Part shown: positions 1 to 12,131 of the stretch, piece after piece | How positions within the stretch are numbered: position 1 is the stretch's first letter | How the letters are laid out: each line of letters begins with the position of its first letter | Source of the DNA: Octopus bimaculoides | Taxonomy: Eukaryota | Assembly: GCF_001194135.2 (NCBI RefSeq) | Contig: NC_069001.1 | Coordinates: forward strand, 15,583,368 to 15,641,096 | DNA: 57,729 nt | Direction: 5' to 3' | Notes under the pieces: model-generated | Told to the model about the DNA's origin: nothing | Seen by the model: the letters and a program-made list of their open reading frames with translations, nothing else | Databases searched by the model: none | Program-made: the position numbers and the translations under genes

Positions 1-21
1 TATATATATATATATATGTAA

Positions 22-158
22 TCCAAGAAAGTTAGAGGTTGTGAATCCAATCCACTAATGGATAATATCTATCCAATATACTACCGGAAGGATACCCAAG
101 TACTATTACACTAGTGTTTTTACCGAGTGCAATAAATGGGTGCAGGTAAAAGGAAATT
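22..158. repeat. Unclassified dispersed repeat, copy 1 (abuts (TA)n)
   Basis: Aligns by eye (roughly 75-80%) with 33958-34097; both copies start directly after a (TA)n tract. Confidence 0.7.
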
Positions 159-324
159 TTACCCTTAATTTATATAGCAATAGCAAAATGGAGGGGAATA
201 TGTGGTACTCATCAACTTGTGGACATTGTATTATGTCAATTTACCTGTTTAATTTTCAACTAAGAGGACAGGACAATAAAAACAATATACAAATACATAT
301 GACATATTATGTCATATCAGTAAT

Positions 325-2780
325 AAAAATTAAAAAGGACATCTNNNNNNNNNNNNNNNNNNNNNNNNNNNNNNNNNNNNNNNNNNNNNNNNNNNNNNNN
401 NNNNNNNNNNNNNNNNNNNNNNNNNNNNNNNNNNNNNNNNNNNNTTATGCCAATAGCGTTTCCCCTCTGCAAGCTCACCATAAAACAGCTGTTTTGGTAT
501 GCATTCATCTGCCATTCAAACAATATGGCCACACCATCTCATTTGGTTCCTCAAAATCATGGCTTTAATTGAGGGGATGCCTGCAGATGCAAGGACATCT
601 GTGTTTGGAGTAAAAGAACTCCATTTAATGTTTAAAATGCAATGAAGGCATTTTTGGTGGAATTGTTCTAACAATTTAAAGTGTCCTTCATAACATGTCC
701 ATGTTTCTGAAGAATACAACAGGGATGGTAAGACAAATGATTTGTAAAGAGCCAACTTTGTATTGCTTTTTATATGTCGCTGGTGCCAAATGAGTGACTC
801 TAAGCCACCAAATGCTTTCGCTGCCCTTTGAATTCACAGATGTATTTCTGTATCAAGATTTCCATCGTTTTGTACAGAGCTTCCAAGGTAGATGAACAAA
901 TGAACAACCTCAAGTAACATACCCTTAACAAGAAATTTTAGTGGGGTTACAAACAGCACCACATGCAGATTGATGCATTATATCTGTATTTTTTAAGTTG
1001 ATGGTCAAGCCAAAATCATCACAAGCTGAGTCAAATGCAGATACATGAGATTCCAGAATAACTGACAAGATCACAGTCATTAGCATATAAAAGTTCCCTA
1101 ATGAGTGAAGTAAAAACCTTCGTTTTGAATTTCAGTCTGGTCAGATTAAAAACATTCCCTGTTGTTCGGTATTTTTTGTAAATACCCTCTTCAAAGTTTT
1201 GAAAAGCATGTGACAACACAACAGCAAAGTATATTGCAAAGAGGGAAGGGGGTTCAAGGTCTCTTTGCTTTACTCCATTTTCCACGGGAAACGTTTCAGA
1301 GAGCCTACCACCAAAGTTAACTCTAGCTTTCATATCTTGATGCAAAGCCCTGATCATCTTTACAATTTTTTCTGGGCAACCTATTTTCCTTAGAATTAGC
1401 CACAGAGCATTTTGATTAACAATTTCGAATGCTTTGCTCAAATCAACAAAGCAATGGTATAGAGCAAGATTCTGTTCAATGCACTTTTCCTGCAATTGTC
1501 TGATAGTAATGATACAATCAGCTGTGCCCCTGGAGGAATGAAAGCCATACTGAGATTCAGACACTATATTTGGAATTACGAAGGTATGTAAACGTTCCAA
1601 CAAAATGCTGGCAAGAACCTTTCCAACCACAGACAAAAGCGAAATCCCACAAAAATTACCACACAGATCCTTTGGCCCTGATTTATACACGGAGACTAAA
1701 ATAGCATCAATCCAGTCTTGAGACACTTTCTCTGACAAATTAATATATTTGAGAGTTCGAACATTTTGTCACCCCCATATTTCAAGACTTCTGCGCAGAT
1801 TCCATCAGACCCTGGAGACTTATTGTTATTCAGCTTATTCACAGCTAAATAAATGTCATTTAGAGTTGTTTCAAATGCCATCTCTTTTATAACTGGAAGG
1901 TGTTCGATTATTTTCTATCATCCTCATGTCAGCGAATGATGGGTGATTCAAAAGTGCAGAAAAAATGTTCTGCCTAGCACTTATGAATAGAAGCAGTGTC
2001 AGTCAAAAGCAAATGTTCATTTGCTGTTCTCACTGGAGCTATTGGAGAAGATTTTGGGCCATTTACCTCCTTAACATAAGAGTACAAATGCTTGGCATCA
2101 TTTCTATCAGCTGCTTCTTGCACCGTTTTTGCTCTATCATTCCACCATTCCTGTTTAATTTTCCTTAGAGCAGTCTGCACTTTCCCTTTCAGATTTCTGT
2201 AAGCTTTGTTTGAGTTGGGATTCAAGGACTGAGAAAGAAGTTGCCAAAGTTTTGTTTTTCTAAAAGTAGATCATGAATTTCTACTGATTTATCTGAGAAC
2301 CAGTCACTGGACTTGTGCAATTTAAATCCTACTGTCGAACTTGCAGCCTGAAATACTTTTGTTTTGAAATATTCACATAGATTGTTTGAGTCAAGATTGA
2401 TACTTTCCATAGCATCGTGGAATCTTTGCAAGTTGCTTGATAATTTAAAGTTTGCAACTTTAACTTCTTGAGTAACTTAGGACCAGACTGTTGGTTTTTA
2501 GGTATTATCGAAAAATTTCTTTTTCTATGCATTAAACGATGGTCAGTCCAGCTCTCTGCTCCCCACATGGCCTGAACACTAGAATCATCTTTCAAATCAC
2601 ATTTTCTGATCAGAATATAATCTATGAGATGCCAGTGCTTAGATCTTGGGTGCATCCAGGTGGTTTTATATTTATCTTTCTCCTTAAACAGAGTGTTGGT
2701 AACAACCAGATTATTCTCAGTACAAAAGGTCAAAGAGCTGCGACTCCATTTTTATTACATTTTCCAATCCCATGTCAAAC
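325..2780 (-). mobile_element. RTE-BovB-like LINE relic (endonuclease C-terminus, RT, C-terminal region), frameshifted
   Basis: Minus-strand ORF pieces in order: FCTENNLVVTNTLF..TWMHPRSKHWHLIDYILIR (APE end), KSPGSDGICAE, GISLLSVVGKV, FVDLSKAF, GVKQ..LYANDC (RT), LPSLLYSSETWT, IPKQLFYGEL. Confidence 0.92.
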
Positions 2781-2804
2781 TAAAACAGCCCATGAAACGT
2801 AATG

Positions 2805-3075
2805 CTGACCAAAGCCTTGTGAGTGGATTTAGTGGACCAAAACTGGAGGAAGCCCGTCGTGTGTGTGCATCTTTGTGTCTGTGTTTGTTCCCCACCGCTG
2901 ATTGATGACTGGTGTTGGTATGTTTACATCCCCATAACATAGCAGTTCAGCTAAAGAGACCAAGAGAATAAGTACCAGGTTTAGCCAAAAAATTAAGTAC
3001 TGGGATTGATACATTTGACTGAAAATTCTTCAAGGCGGTGCCCCAGCATGGCCACCATCTAATGACTGTAACAAG
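2805..3075 (+). mobile_element. SINE family A (CORE-like composite), 5'-truncated
   Basis: Matches body and tail of the full copy at 10605-11000 (aaagccttgtgagtggattt...ggcggtgccccagcatggcc). Confidence 0.8.
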
Positions 3076-3114
3076 TAAGAGATAAAAGATAGCATCATCT
3101 AATGGCTGTTAAAT

Positions 3115-3300
3115 AATGTGAAGGCATGTGGCCTAGGGGTTATGGTGTTGCACCCACAACTGCAAGATTGTGGTTTCAATTCACAGACTGACAATGCATC
3201 CCTGAGCAAAACACTCAGCTGTAGATGAATAACCTTGCTGCAGACTGGCTTCCCATTCAGAGGGACAGTTTGCCTGCCCATTTAGCCAGGAATGTATAAC
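3115..3300 (+). mobile_element. SINE family C (tRNA-derived), degenerate
   Basis: tRNA-like head with B box (ggtttcaattc) followed by cctgagcaaaacact. Confidence 0.55.
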
Positions 3301-3748
3301 ATGCAATAGTATGGATGATAGAGAAATGAAAACATATGCAGACATATGTACACATACATACATATATATATATATATATAAATTCAAAAAAGGATAAAAC
3401 TCTTTTACAAGAATTTTATCAAGAAGCCAGTGTGTAAAAAAATTCATAAGGGAAATTTCTATTCCCAAGAATATAATTATTCGTTTATATTTATATAAAT
3501 AATGCCCTTTATATAAATATATATATATATATATATTATAATAATACAAATAATATGTGAGTTTATGCATATATACGTACATGCATGTACATACCTACAT
3601 CTACATGTATATATAGATGCATATCTGGGTACAGGACGTTGCAAAAAAACGTGGACAAAATGATAAACAGAGCACAGAAAGCTCACAGGCCACATAGAGA
3701 ACATATGCATAAGTAGATTATTTCCTTTTCGCGCATGCACGCACGCAT

Positions 3749-3782
<34 letters not shown>

Positions 3783-4129
3783 CATTTATGTGAATGCATG
3801 CACACATTCAAAATGTATTTTGCTCTGCATTGTTTAACAACCTGAGAGCCTTTCTGTCACTAACCTTTTAAAACAAAGGATGTTTTATTCCCCTGGTTTT
3901 TTGAAAGCCCAAAAGCACAGAGCTACCAGAGGATTTATTTATCAGGAATGTCAACATGAGATCAACGTTTTTGCTAAAATGGTTTCATGGGAAGATGGGG
4001 ATGCTTCACATTCCTAGATACATACATGAACATACGCATAGCCATACACTCACAAATTCATTTATTGGTTTCAGCCAATAAACTATAGTTTTACAATATG
4101 CATGTGTATATATATATCTTTTGCCTGTC

Positions 4130-4320
4130 TCAATCGTTAGATTGTGGTCATGCTGGGGCACCACCTTGAAGAATATTTAGTTGAATGAGTCAACCCCAGT
4201 ACTTAGTCTTCCTTTATGTTCTAAGACTGGTATTCATTCTTTTGGTGCCTTTTGCTGAACTGTTAAGTTATGGCAACATAAACACACACCAGTTGTCAAA
4301 CAGACACAAACACACACACA
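4130..4320 (-). mobile_element. SINE family A, 3' half
   Basis: Reverse complement of the family A tail (ggtcatgctggggcaccaccttgaag...gaccccagtact). Confidence 0.7.
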
Positions 4321-4329
4321 CGTATGTAT

Positions 4330-4360
<31 letters not shown>

Positions 4361-4361
<1 letters not shown>

Positions 4362-4530
4362 GGGAGAATATACGAAAAAAAAAAACAGACGAGGACAGGT
4401 GGTGTAAATAACAAAAGGATGTATTAGTATGACGCTCGGGAATACGGAAAGTCTTTGACGTTTCGAGCTACGCTCTTCAACAGAAAGAATACGGAGACAA
4501 GGAGAAAAACACGGAGAAAAAAAAAAAAAT
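4361..4530 (-). mobile_element. Penelope-like element terminal (pLTR) remnant
   Basis: CpG-rich non-coding island ending at (TA)n; carries a minimal hammerhead-like motif of the kind found in Penelope pLTRs. Confidence 0.55.
4452..4488 (-). ncRNA. Minimal type I hammerhead-ribozyme-like motif (A6U variant)
   Basis: Minus strand: UCUUU CUGUUGA A GAGC GUA GCUC GAA ACGU C AAAGA; 5-bp stem I, 4-bp stem II, palindromic ACGU stem III. Confidence 0.55.
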
Positions 4531-4584
4531 GACTGGCTTCTTTCAATTTCCTTACATAAGTTTGTGAGTTTGTTACCCAGCAGC

Positions 4585-4835
4585 ATGATGTGTCCTTGAG
4601 CAAGACACTTTATTTCACGTTGCCTCAGTCCACTCAGCTGGAAAAAATGAGTAGTGCCTGTATTTCAAAGTGCCAGTCATGTCACATTCTGCATCACGCT
4701 GAGTCTTCCCAAGAACTATGTTGTGGTTACACATGTCTTTGGAGTGCTCAGCCACTTGAACATTAATTTCATGAACAGATCATTCTATAGATATTGAATC
4801 AACTGGAACATTCATCATTGTAACCGACTGGGTGC
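4585..4835 (+). mobile_element. SINE family C, headless degenerate copy
   Basis: gtgtccttgagcaagacactt followed by a tail homologous to 23209-23582 (ggagtgctcagccacttg...atcaactggaac). Confidence 0.7.
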
Positions 4836-5129
4836 CTGTTATGTGTGTATGTGTGTGAATATCTATCTATCTACCTATCTATCTAATGTATGTATATGTA
4901 CATATATGTATATTTTTTATATATAATTTTTGTGATTCCACACTCTACTCTCTGCCTATTTTCTTTTCTTTCTTTCTTTCTCTATAATCCTCTATATAAT
5001 TTTCTATAATCCTCTATATTTCTTTTTCTCTCCTCCTTCTTTGCTGTCCCTTGTCTATCTTTCTTTGCTTCTACCTTCTCCTTACTCCCTTCATTCCCTT
5101 CTCCTCTCTCTTGTCCCCCTTTTCCCTCT

Positions 5130-6440
5130 GCCTGTTGCTGGTGAGAGTTGTACAAGTTGTATACAGGAACGTTGTCAGTAAGGTGAGGGTTGGCAACGAG
5201 TATAACAAGGAATTCAGCATACATGTAGGAGTCCTCAGTCCCCTCTTGCTCATCATAGTCCTCCAAGCCATAACAGAGGAATCCAAGTCAGGCTGTCCAT
5301 GGGATCTCCTCTATGCTGATGACCTTGTTCTAATAGCTGAATCACTCCCAGAATTGGAGAGAAAATTTCAAGAGTGGAAGCAAGGTCTGGAATCAAAGGG
5401 CCTTAGAGTTAATTTAGCAAAAACCAAAGTCTTAGTAGGAAAGCTGAAGAATCACAAATCCCTTCAGGTAGATGGCCCTGGTTGATATGTAGAAAAAGCA
5501 TAGGTAGAAACCAAGGTGTACAAAGGCGAGCTGGCAGAAACGTTAGCACGCCGGATGAAATGCTTAGCGGTATTTTGTCTGCCGTTACATTCTCAGTTCA
5601 AATTCCGCTGAGGTCGACTTTGCCTTTCATCCTTTCGGGGTCGATAAATTAAGTACCAGTTATGCAATGGGATCGATGTAATCAACTTAATCCCTTTGTC
5701 TGTCCTTGTTTGTCCCCTCTATGTTTAGCCCCCTGTGGGCAATAAAGAAATAAGAAACTAAGGTGTACAGAGTGCAAGCTATGGACACATAAGAGGTGCA
5801 GCAATATCAGAGGACGTTAACAGGAAAAATAGTTTTTGTGGTTGGCAGGTGCACAGGTAGAGTGAACACTAAAATTATACAAAAAATAGACTCCATCAAA
5901 TGCCAGGTGGAATACCAAGAAGTAGTTGATAGCTTTTGTTATCCAGGTGACCAAGTCAGCAGTGGAAGAGATGCTCTGAAAGCATATCTACTAGAATAAG
6001 AATAGGCTGGACAAAGTCAGAGAGCTTCTAACTTTGTTGGCAACAAAGGGCCTCTTCTTCAGAGTGAAAGGCAGATTGTATGATGCCTGTGTGTGAAAAG
6101 CCATGCTACACAGCAGTGAAATGTGGGCAGTGACTGCAGAAGACATGTGAAGGCTTGAAATAACTAAATCTAGTATGCTCCACTGGATGTGTAATGTCAG
6201 TGTGCATGAACAACAGAATGTAAGTATCTTGAGAGAAAAGTTTGGCATAAGAGGCATCAGATGTAATGCGCAAGAGAGACAACTGCACTGGTATGGTCAT
6301 GTGATATATATGGATGAGGACAGTTGCGTAAAGAAATATCAATCTCTGTGGAGGAAACCTGTGGAAGAGGTAGACCCAGGAAGACATGGGACAAGGTGGT
6401 GAAGCATGATCTTTGAACATTGGATCTCATCAAGCCAAGT
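5130..6440 (+). mobile_element. RTE-X-like LINE RT and 3' region relic, split by a SINE
   Basis: VLSPLLLIIVLQAIT..CPWDLLYADDLVLIAES..GLRVNLAKTKV, then LRVKGRLYDACV and MLHWMCNV..LHWYGHV. Confidence 0.88.
5523..5753 (+). mobile_element. SINE family B (tRNA head, Deu/Nin-like domain) with 16-bp TSD
   Basis: aggtcgactttgcctttcatcctttcggggtcgataaattaagtacc; flanked by gaaac(c/t)aaggtgtaca at 5507-5522 and 5754-5769. Confidence 0.9.
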
Positions 6441-6680
6441 GAAATCGTAATTGTGGCCAGTGTTGGTGACACATAACAGCATTCATGCCAGTGACACATA
6501 AAAGGTACCCACTACACTCTCAGAAAGGTTGGCATTAAGAAGAGTATCCTGCTGTAGAAACCAAGCCAAATTCAGACTGGAATCTAGAGCAGCTCTCTGG
6601 CTTACCAGTTCCAATCAAGCTGTCTAACCCATGCCAGCATGGAATGCAGACATTAAATGATGATGGTAATGATGATATAC
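6440..6680 (+). mobile_element. RTE-X 3' UTR/tail ending in (GAT)n
   Basis: ggttggcattaagaagagtatcc...acccatgccagcatggaatgcagacattaaatgatgat; the tail recurs many times in the window. Confidence 0.7.
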
Positions 6681-7135
6681 ATACATAATTCTGAAGAAAA
6701 TGTCCCAGTGTTACAGGATGTATATGTGTGAGCATGATTGTATATATTATGTGTGTGTGTTGCATAGATAGATAGATAGATGTTAGTGTCTCAGCCCTCC
6801 CATTTGCCTTGCCCAGTATTCCATTCAAGCCTATCCTATCTTACGTTTCCTTAAAAGACCGTCTGTCGTCATTCACTCATTGTTTCTTTATATATTCCTG
6901 TACATTTTATGCCTTAATTCCCAAATAATAAATGAAGCCATTTACAACTCATTGTTCAATTGAAAGAAAATGAACCGGTGATGAAATAACACGAATATAA
7001 GTTGTTCCTGTTCACATATGAGAAGAAAAGCCAAACAAGCTTGGTATGTATGTGTATGTATATAGATAGATAGATAGATGTGTGCGTGTGTGTATAATTG
7101 TGAGAACGTGCTGGTTCTACGCGTGTATGTCACAG

Positions 7136-7192
7136 GTAATTTTGCAAGCCAAGGTCACCAGAGACAATCAGTACGTAGTAAATGTGCGACAG
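7136..7192 (+). CDS. Candidate 57-nt internal exon (possibly host gene)
   Basis: cacag/GT...CAG/gtgaat; open in phase 1-1 ((G)NFASQGHQRQSVRSKCAT(G)) and in phase 0-0; CpG-rich unique sequence; no recognised homology. Confidence 0.3.
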
Positions 7193-7450
7193 GTGAATAT
7201 TCAATTGACCATTAGCATAGTTCTTAAATTAAATATTTAAGTGGCTGGCTGAACCACTCTAAAAGTTTTTTTTCCTTGTATAAATAGATTACTTCTTCCT
7301 TTTCTTTTTTTTTTTGTATGGCTTTAAAAAATGACATGACATTCTGGAAGGAATCATGACAGCTATTCAAAACATCTCATACAAATGGTTACATTCACTT
7401 TTGTGTAGCTTTGTAATAAATATTACATTTATATATATATATGTGTGTGT

Positions 7451-7510
<60 letters not shown>

Positions 7511-7604
7511 CAATTACTTTGTGAAAATGTCATGATACCCATTTAAAATACACATATACATGTCTTATTTTGTAACAGTGCTATATATATATATTTATAT
7601 ATAC

Positions 7605-7860
7605 GTGAGGGCACATGGCCAAGTAGTTATGATGTTGCACTCACAATTGTAAGATCATGCTTTCAGTTCTAAGGCCTGGTGGTGAGTTGTGTTCTTGAGT
7701 AAAATACTTTATCTCACGATGATCTGCAATCACTTTGACACCTGATGCATTGTACACTGTGCACACCTGTTCAGACAATGTTGATTTGATGGAGAGAGTG
7801 AGCTAATGTGCAGCACCGACATTTGATCACTACAAACAAATCATTTGCTGAACACTCATA
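7605..7860 (+). mobile_element. SINE family C-like, degenerate
   Basis: tRNA-like head (ggcacatggccaagtagtta) and gttcttgagtaaaatactt central motif. Confidence 0.5.
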
Positions 7861-7894
7861 CATCGTTTTCAATGGAAGAGTCCATCATATATAT

Positions 7895-8218
7895 ATAAGT
7901 GTAGCTGCTAGAATAAGAATAGCCTGGGCAAAGTTTAGAGAGCTCTTACCCCTGCTGGCGACAAAGGGACTCTCACTCAGAGTAAAAGGCAGACTGTATG
8001 ACGCATGTGTATGAACAGCCATGCTACATGGCAGTGAAACATGGGCTGTAACTGCTGAGGACATACGTAAGCTCGCAAGGAATGAAGCCAGTATGCTCCG
8101 TTGGATGTGTAATGTCAATGTGAATACCCGTCAGAGTGTAAGTATCTTGAGAGAAAAGCTGAACATTAGAAGCATCAGTTGTGGTGTGCAAGAGAGACGA
8201 TTGCGCTGGTATGGACAT
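7895..8218 (+). mobile_element. Young RTE-X-like LINE 3' fragment running into a gap
   Basis: ARIRIAWAKFRELLPLL..LRVKGRLYDACV, MLHGSETWAV..LRWYGH; nearly identical to 17264-17513. Confidence 0.88.
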
Positions 8219-9394
8219 NNNNNNNNNNNNNNNNNNNNNNNNNNNNNNNNNNNNNNNNNNNNNNNNNNNNNNNNNNNNNNNNNNNNNNNNNNNNNNNNNN
8301 NNNNNNNNNNNNNNNNNNNNNNNNNNNNNNNNNNNNNNNNNNNNNNNNNNNNNNNNNNNNNNNNNNNNNNNNNNNNNNNNNNNNNNNNNNNNNNNNNNNN
8401 NNNNNNNNNNNNNNNNNNNNNNNNNNNNNNNNNNNNNNNNNNNNNNNNNNNNNNNNNNNNNNNNNNNNNNNNNNNNNNNNNNNNNNNNNNNNNNNNNNNN
8501 NNNNNNNNNNNNNNNNNNNNNNNNNNNNNNNNNNNNNNNNNNNNNNNNNNNNNNNNNNNNNNNNNNNNNNNNNNNNNNNNNNNNNNNNNNNNNNNNNNNN
8601 NNNNNNNNNNNNNNNNNNNNNNNNNNNNNNNNNNNNNNNNNNNNNNNNNNNNNNNNNNNNNNNNNNNNNNNNNNNNNNNNNNNNNNNNNNNNNNNNNNNN
8701 NNNNNNNNNNNNNNNNNNNNNNNNNNNNNNNNNNNNNNNNNNNNNNNNNNNNNNNNNNNNNNNNNNNNNNNNNNNNNNNNNNNNNNNNNNNNNNNNNNNN
8801 NNNNNNNNNNNNNNNNNNNNNNNNNNNNNNNNNNNNNNNNNNNNNNNNNNNNNNNNNNNNNNNNNNNNNNNNNNNNNNNNNNNNNNNNNNNNNNNNNNNN
8901 NNNNNNNNNNNNNNNNNNNNATATATACGAGGAGGTGCTGAAAAGTTCCTAGCTTTGGGTAAAAGAAAATACAGGAGGATCAGTTATGCTTTTATTCAAC
9001 ATATTCCCCTCTCAGATTCACACAATTATTGCAGCAGTCCTTCAGTTTTTCTAAGCCCTATAAAAGAACTTGGAAGACTGGGCCTCTAACAAGGCCTTTC
9101 ACCACACCCTTTAAGCTAGGAACTTTTCAGCACCTCCTCATATGTGTGTGTGTGTGTGTGTGTGTTTAAAAAAGACACCTTGTCAGACAAACCTAGTAAC
9201 ATCATTGAGGCCATCAAACTGACCATAGAGACAGCAGAGATGATTGCTCAAGGTGGCAGTGGATCGGGAAATGATACTTTTTACTGGACACAAGCTAGCA
9301 TTTGACCAATCCTGCCTGGATCACCTGGGTGGGGATGTCTGATTGTTGAAAGACCCAAAATGCCCAGTGACCCTCCAGGAAAAACTACTGTTGA

Positions 9395-9790
9395 TGTGTC
9401 CAGGTGCATCAAGAAGATTGCTTCCCAACCACATGGTTTCAGGTTCAGTTCCACTGTGTGGTGACTCTAGCCTCAGGCTGACCAAAACCTTGTGAGTGGA
9501 TTTGGTAGATGGAAACTGAAAGAAGCCTATTGTATATACACACACACACAATCACATGCACACACACTCATCTGTGTGTGTGTCTTTGTATCTGTGTTTG
9601 TCCCCCACCACTGCTTGACCAGTGTTGGTGTGTTTATATTCCTGGAACTTAGCAGTTCAGCAAAAGGTACTGATAGAATAAATACTAGGCTTGAAAAAAA
9701 AAGAGTACTGGGGTTGAATCATTCAACTGAAAATTCTTCAAGGCGGTTCCCCAGCATGGCTGTAGTCTAATAACTGAAACAAACAAAGGA
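9395..9790 (+). mobile_element. SINE family A
   Basis: Head, internal (CA)/(TG) microsatellite and tail as in 10605-11000. Confidence 0.8.
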
Positions 9791-10604
9791 TTTATTTTCC
9801 ATGCTGGTATGAGTTGGATTCTTGAACAGAAGCTTATGATCCAGAGGACTTCCCCAAGTGCCAATGTCTACTTTGGCATGGTTTCTATGGCTGGATGTCC
9901 TTCCTAATGCCAACCATTTTACAAAGTTTACTGGGTGCTTTGTATCTCGCACCAGAGAGGTCACAAAGTAACTCACAAGAGTAAACCCCGTCAAGTGAGA
10001 TGTGAGTGGATTTGATGCAGGTATTGAAAGGTATGATATAGATGGATAGGAACAGGTGTTTTGCTGTAGATTCAGGGTTACCCTAGTTGGAAAAAAACAG
10101 AAAATAGTGGGGATGATGTTGAGGTATACCCTTGAGTTACAGGAAAATGAATGTAAGAGGAGAGGTAGGATGAGTTAAGTTTGTGAGAGTGTGAAAGGAG
10201 TATGGCAAATGGATAGAGATAGAGGCAGAAGGATATGCATGTATTTCCATGTATGTATATGTATGCATATATGTATGTATGTATGCATTATGTATGTATA
10301 TGTATGCATGTATGTATGTGTTATCTATGCATGCATGTATATGTGTGTATATGTATTTGTATGCATGTATATGTGTGTATTTATATAGATAGATAGATAA
10401 GTGCTAACACACGAAACTCTTGGCCCTTGAGTCATTCTGTTACTTCTGCCAAATATAAAAGATGTGTGAGTAAGCTTAAAAAAGTTGTCATGCTGGTAGT
10501 ATAATACAATATACCCAGTCCATGCTGTAAAGCGTTTGGTCGAAAGGAAATCTAACAGGAAAACTATTCCAAAGAGGAAGAAACAATTTTGACAGTAGGC
10601 TCAG

Positions 10605-11000
10605 GAGTGGCTGTGTGGTAAGTAGCTTGCTTACCAACCACATGGTTCCGGGTTCAGTCCCACTGCGTGGCACCTTGGGCAAGTGTCTTCTACTATAGCC
10701 TGGGGCCGACCAAAGCCTTGTGAGTGGATTTGGTAGATGGAAACTGAAAGAAGCCCTTCGTATATATGTATATGTATGTGTGTATGTTTGTGTGTTTGTG
10801 TTTGTCCCTCCAATATCACTTGACAACCGATGCTGGTGTGTTTACGTCCCTGTAACTTAGCAGTTCGGCAAAAAGAGACCGATAGAATAAGTACTAGGCT
10901 TACAAAGAATAAGTCCTGGGGTCGATTTGCTCGACTAAAGGCGGTGCTCCAGCATGGCCGCAGTCAAATGACTAAAACAAGTAAAAGAGTAAAAGAGTAT
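10605..11000 (+). mobile_element. SINE family A, full-length young copy
   Basis: tRNA-like head (ggctgtgtggtaag...ggttcagtccc), CORE-like gtggcaccttgggcaagtgtctt, internal microsatellite, (gtaaaaga)n tail. Confidence 0.9.
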
Positions 11001-11129
11001 TTCTGAATAAAGACTGATACAAAGCAGAGAAAACTCTTTAGTCATATTGGAGACAATCTTTCCAGTTCCAGATGCTGTAAAGTGGTTGGTGACAACCGTT
11101 TAGCCATTAAAATCATACAAATATGTGTG

Positions 11130-11520
11130 TGGTTAGAAGCTTGCTCTGCAACCACATGGTTCCAGGTTCGGTCCCACAGCATGGCATCTTGAGCAAGTGT
11201 CTTCGACTATAGCCTCAAGCCAACCAAAGCTTTGTGAGTGGATTTGGTTGACGAAAACTGAAAGAAGCCCATCATATATATTTATGTATTTATGTATATA
11301 TCTTTGTATGTTTGTGTCTGTGATTTCCCCCACCACCACTGCTTGACAACCATTGTTGGTGTGTTTACATTCCTGTAACTTAGCAGTTCAACAAAAGAGA
11401 CCAGTAGAGTAAGAACTAGGCTTTAAAAATGTCTTGGAGTTGATTTGTTTTACTAAAGCCCTTCAAAGCAGTGCCCCAGCATGGCCGCAGTCAAATAACT
11501 GAAACATGTAAAATAAGATA
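11130..11520 (+). mobile_element. SINE family A
   Basis: Same modules as 10605-11000, more diverged. Confidence 0.8.
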
Positions 11521-12131
11521 CAAATAGGTGTGTAGCTTAGCCGTCACTCCCAAGCAAAATCTGGCAGCTTGTATCAGGTGTTTATGTGGCTGCCAGCAGA
11601 CAAACATCCAGCAGTTGGCTGGTACTCATTTTGAGTCAGTAAACTGAAGCAGTGTATAGTGGTGTGTCTTGCTCAAGGACACAATGCATCACCCAGTCCA
11701 AGAATTGAACCCATGAACTAATTATTGTGAGCCCAACAGCCTAACCACTAGATGATGTGACTTCACCTATACACACACAAACACACACACACACACAAAC
11801 ACATGCATCCTAGCACACACACACACACCTTCATACACTCTCACACATGCACACACCTTCTCACACACACACACACACCTTCTCACACACACACACACAC
11901 ACAAACACACTTTACATACACACACTCACACAGAACGATTGCTGTGTTAAGTAGCTTGCTTCCTGACCATGCAGTCTAGGCTCCAATCCTATTGCGTGAC
12001 ACCTTAAGCAAGTTTTTTGTACTATAACCTCAGGCTGATCAAAGCCTTCTGAGTGGATTTTATAGATGGAAACTGAAATAAGCCAACTATACATATACAT
12101 GTGTGCCCTTGTTTCAACATCACACAATGGT

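Noticed and set aside
6830-6890. Hammerhead-like GAAACGUA on the minus strand
   Set aside because: Core reads AUGACGA, stem II cannot close next to GAAA, and there is no stem I
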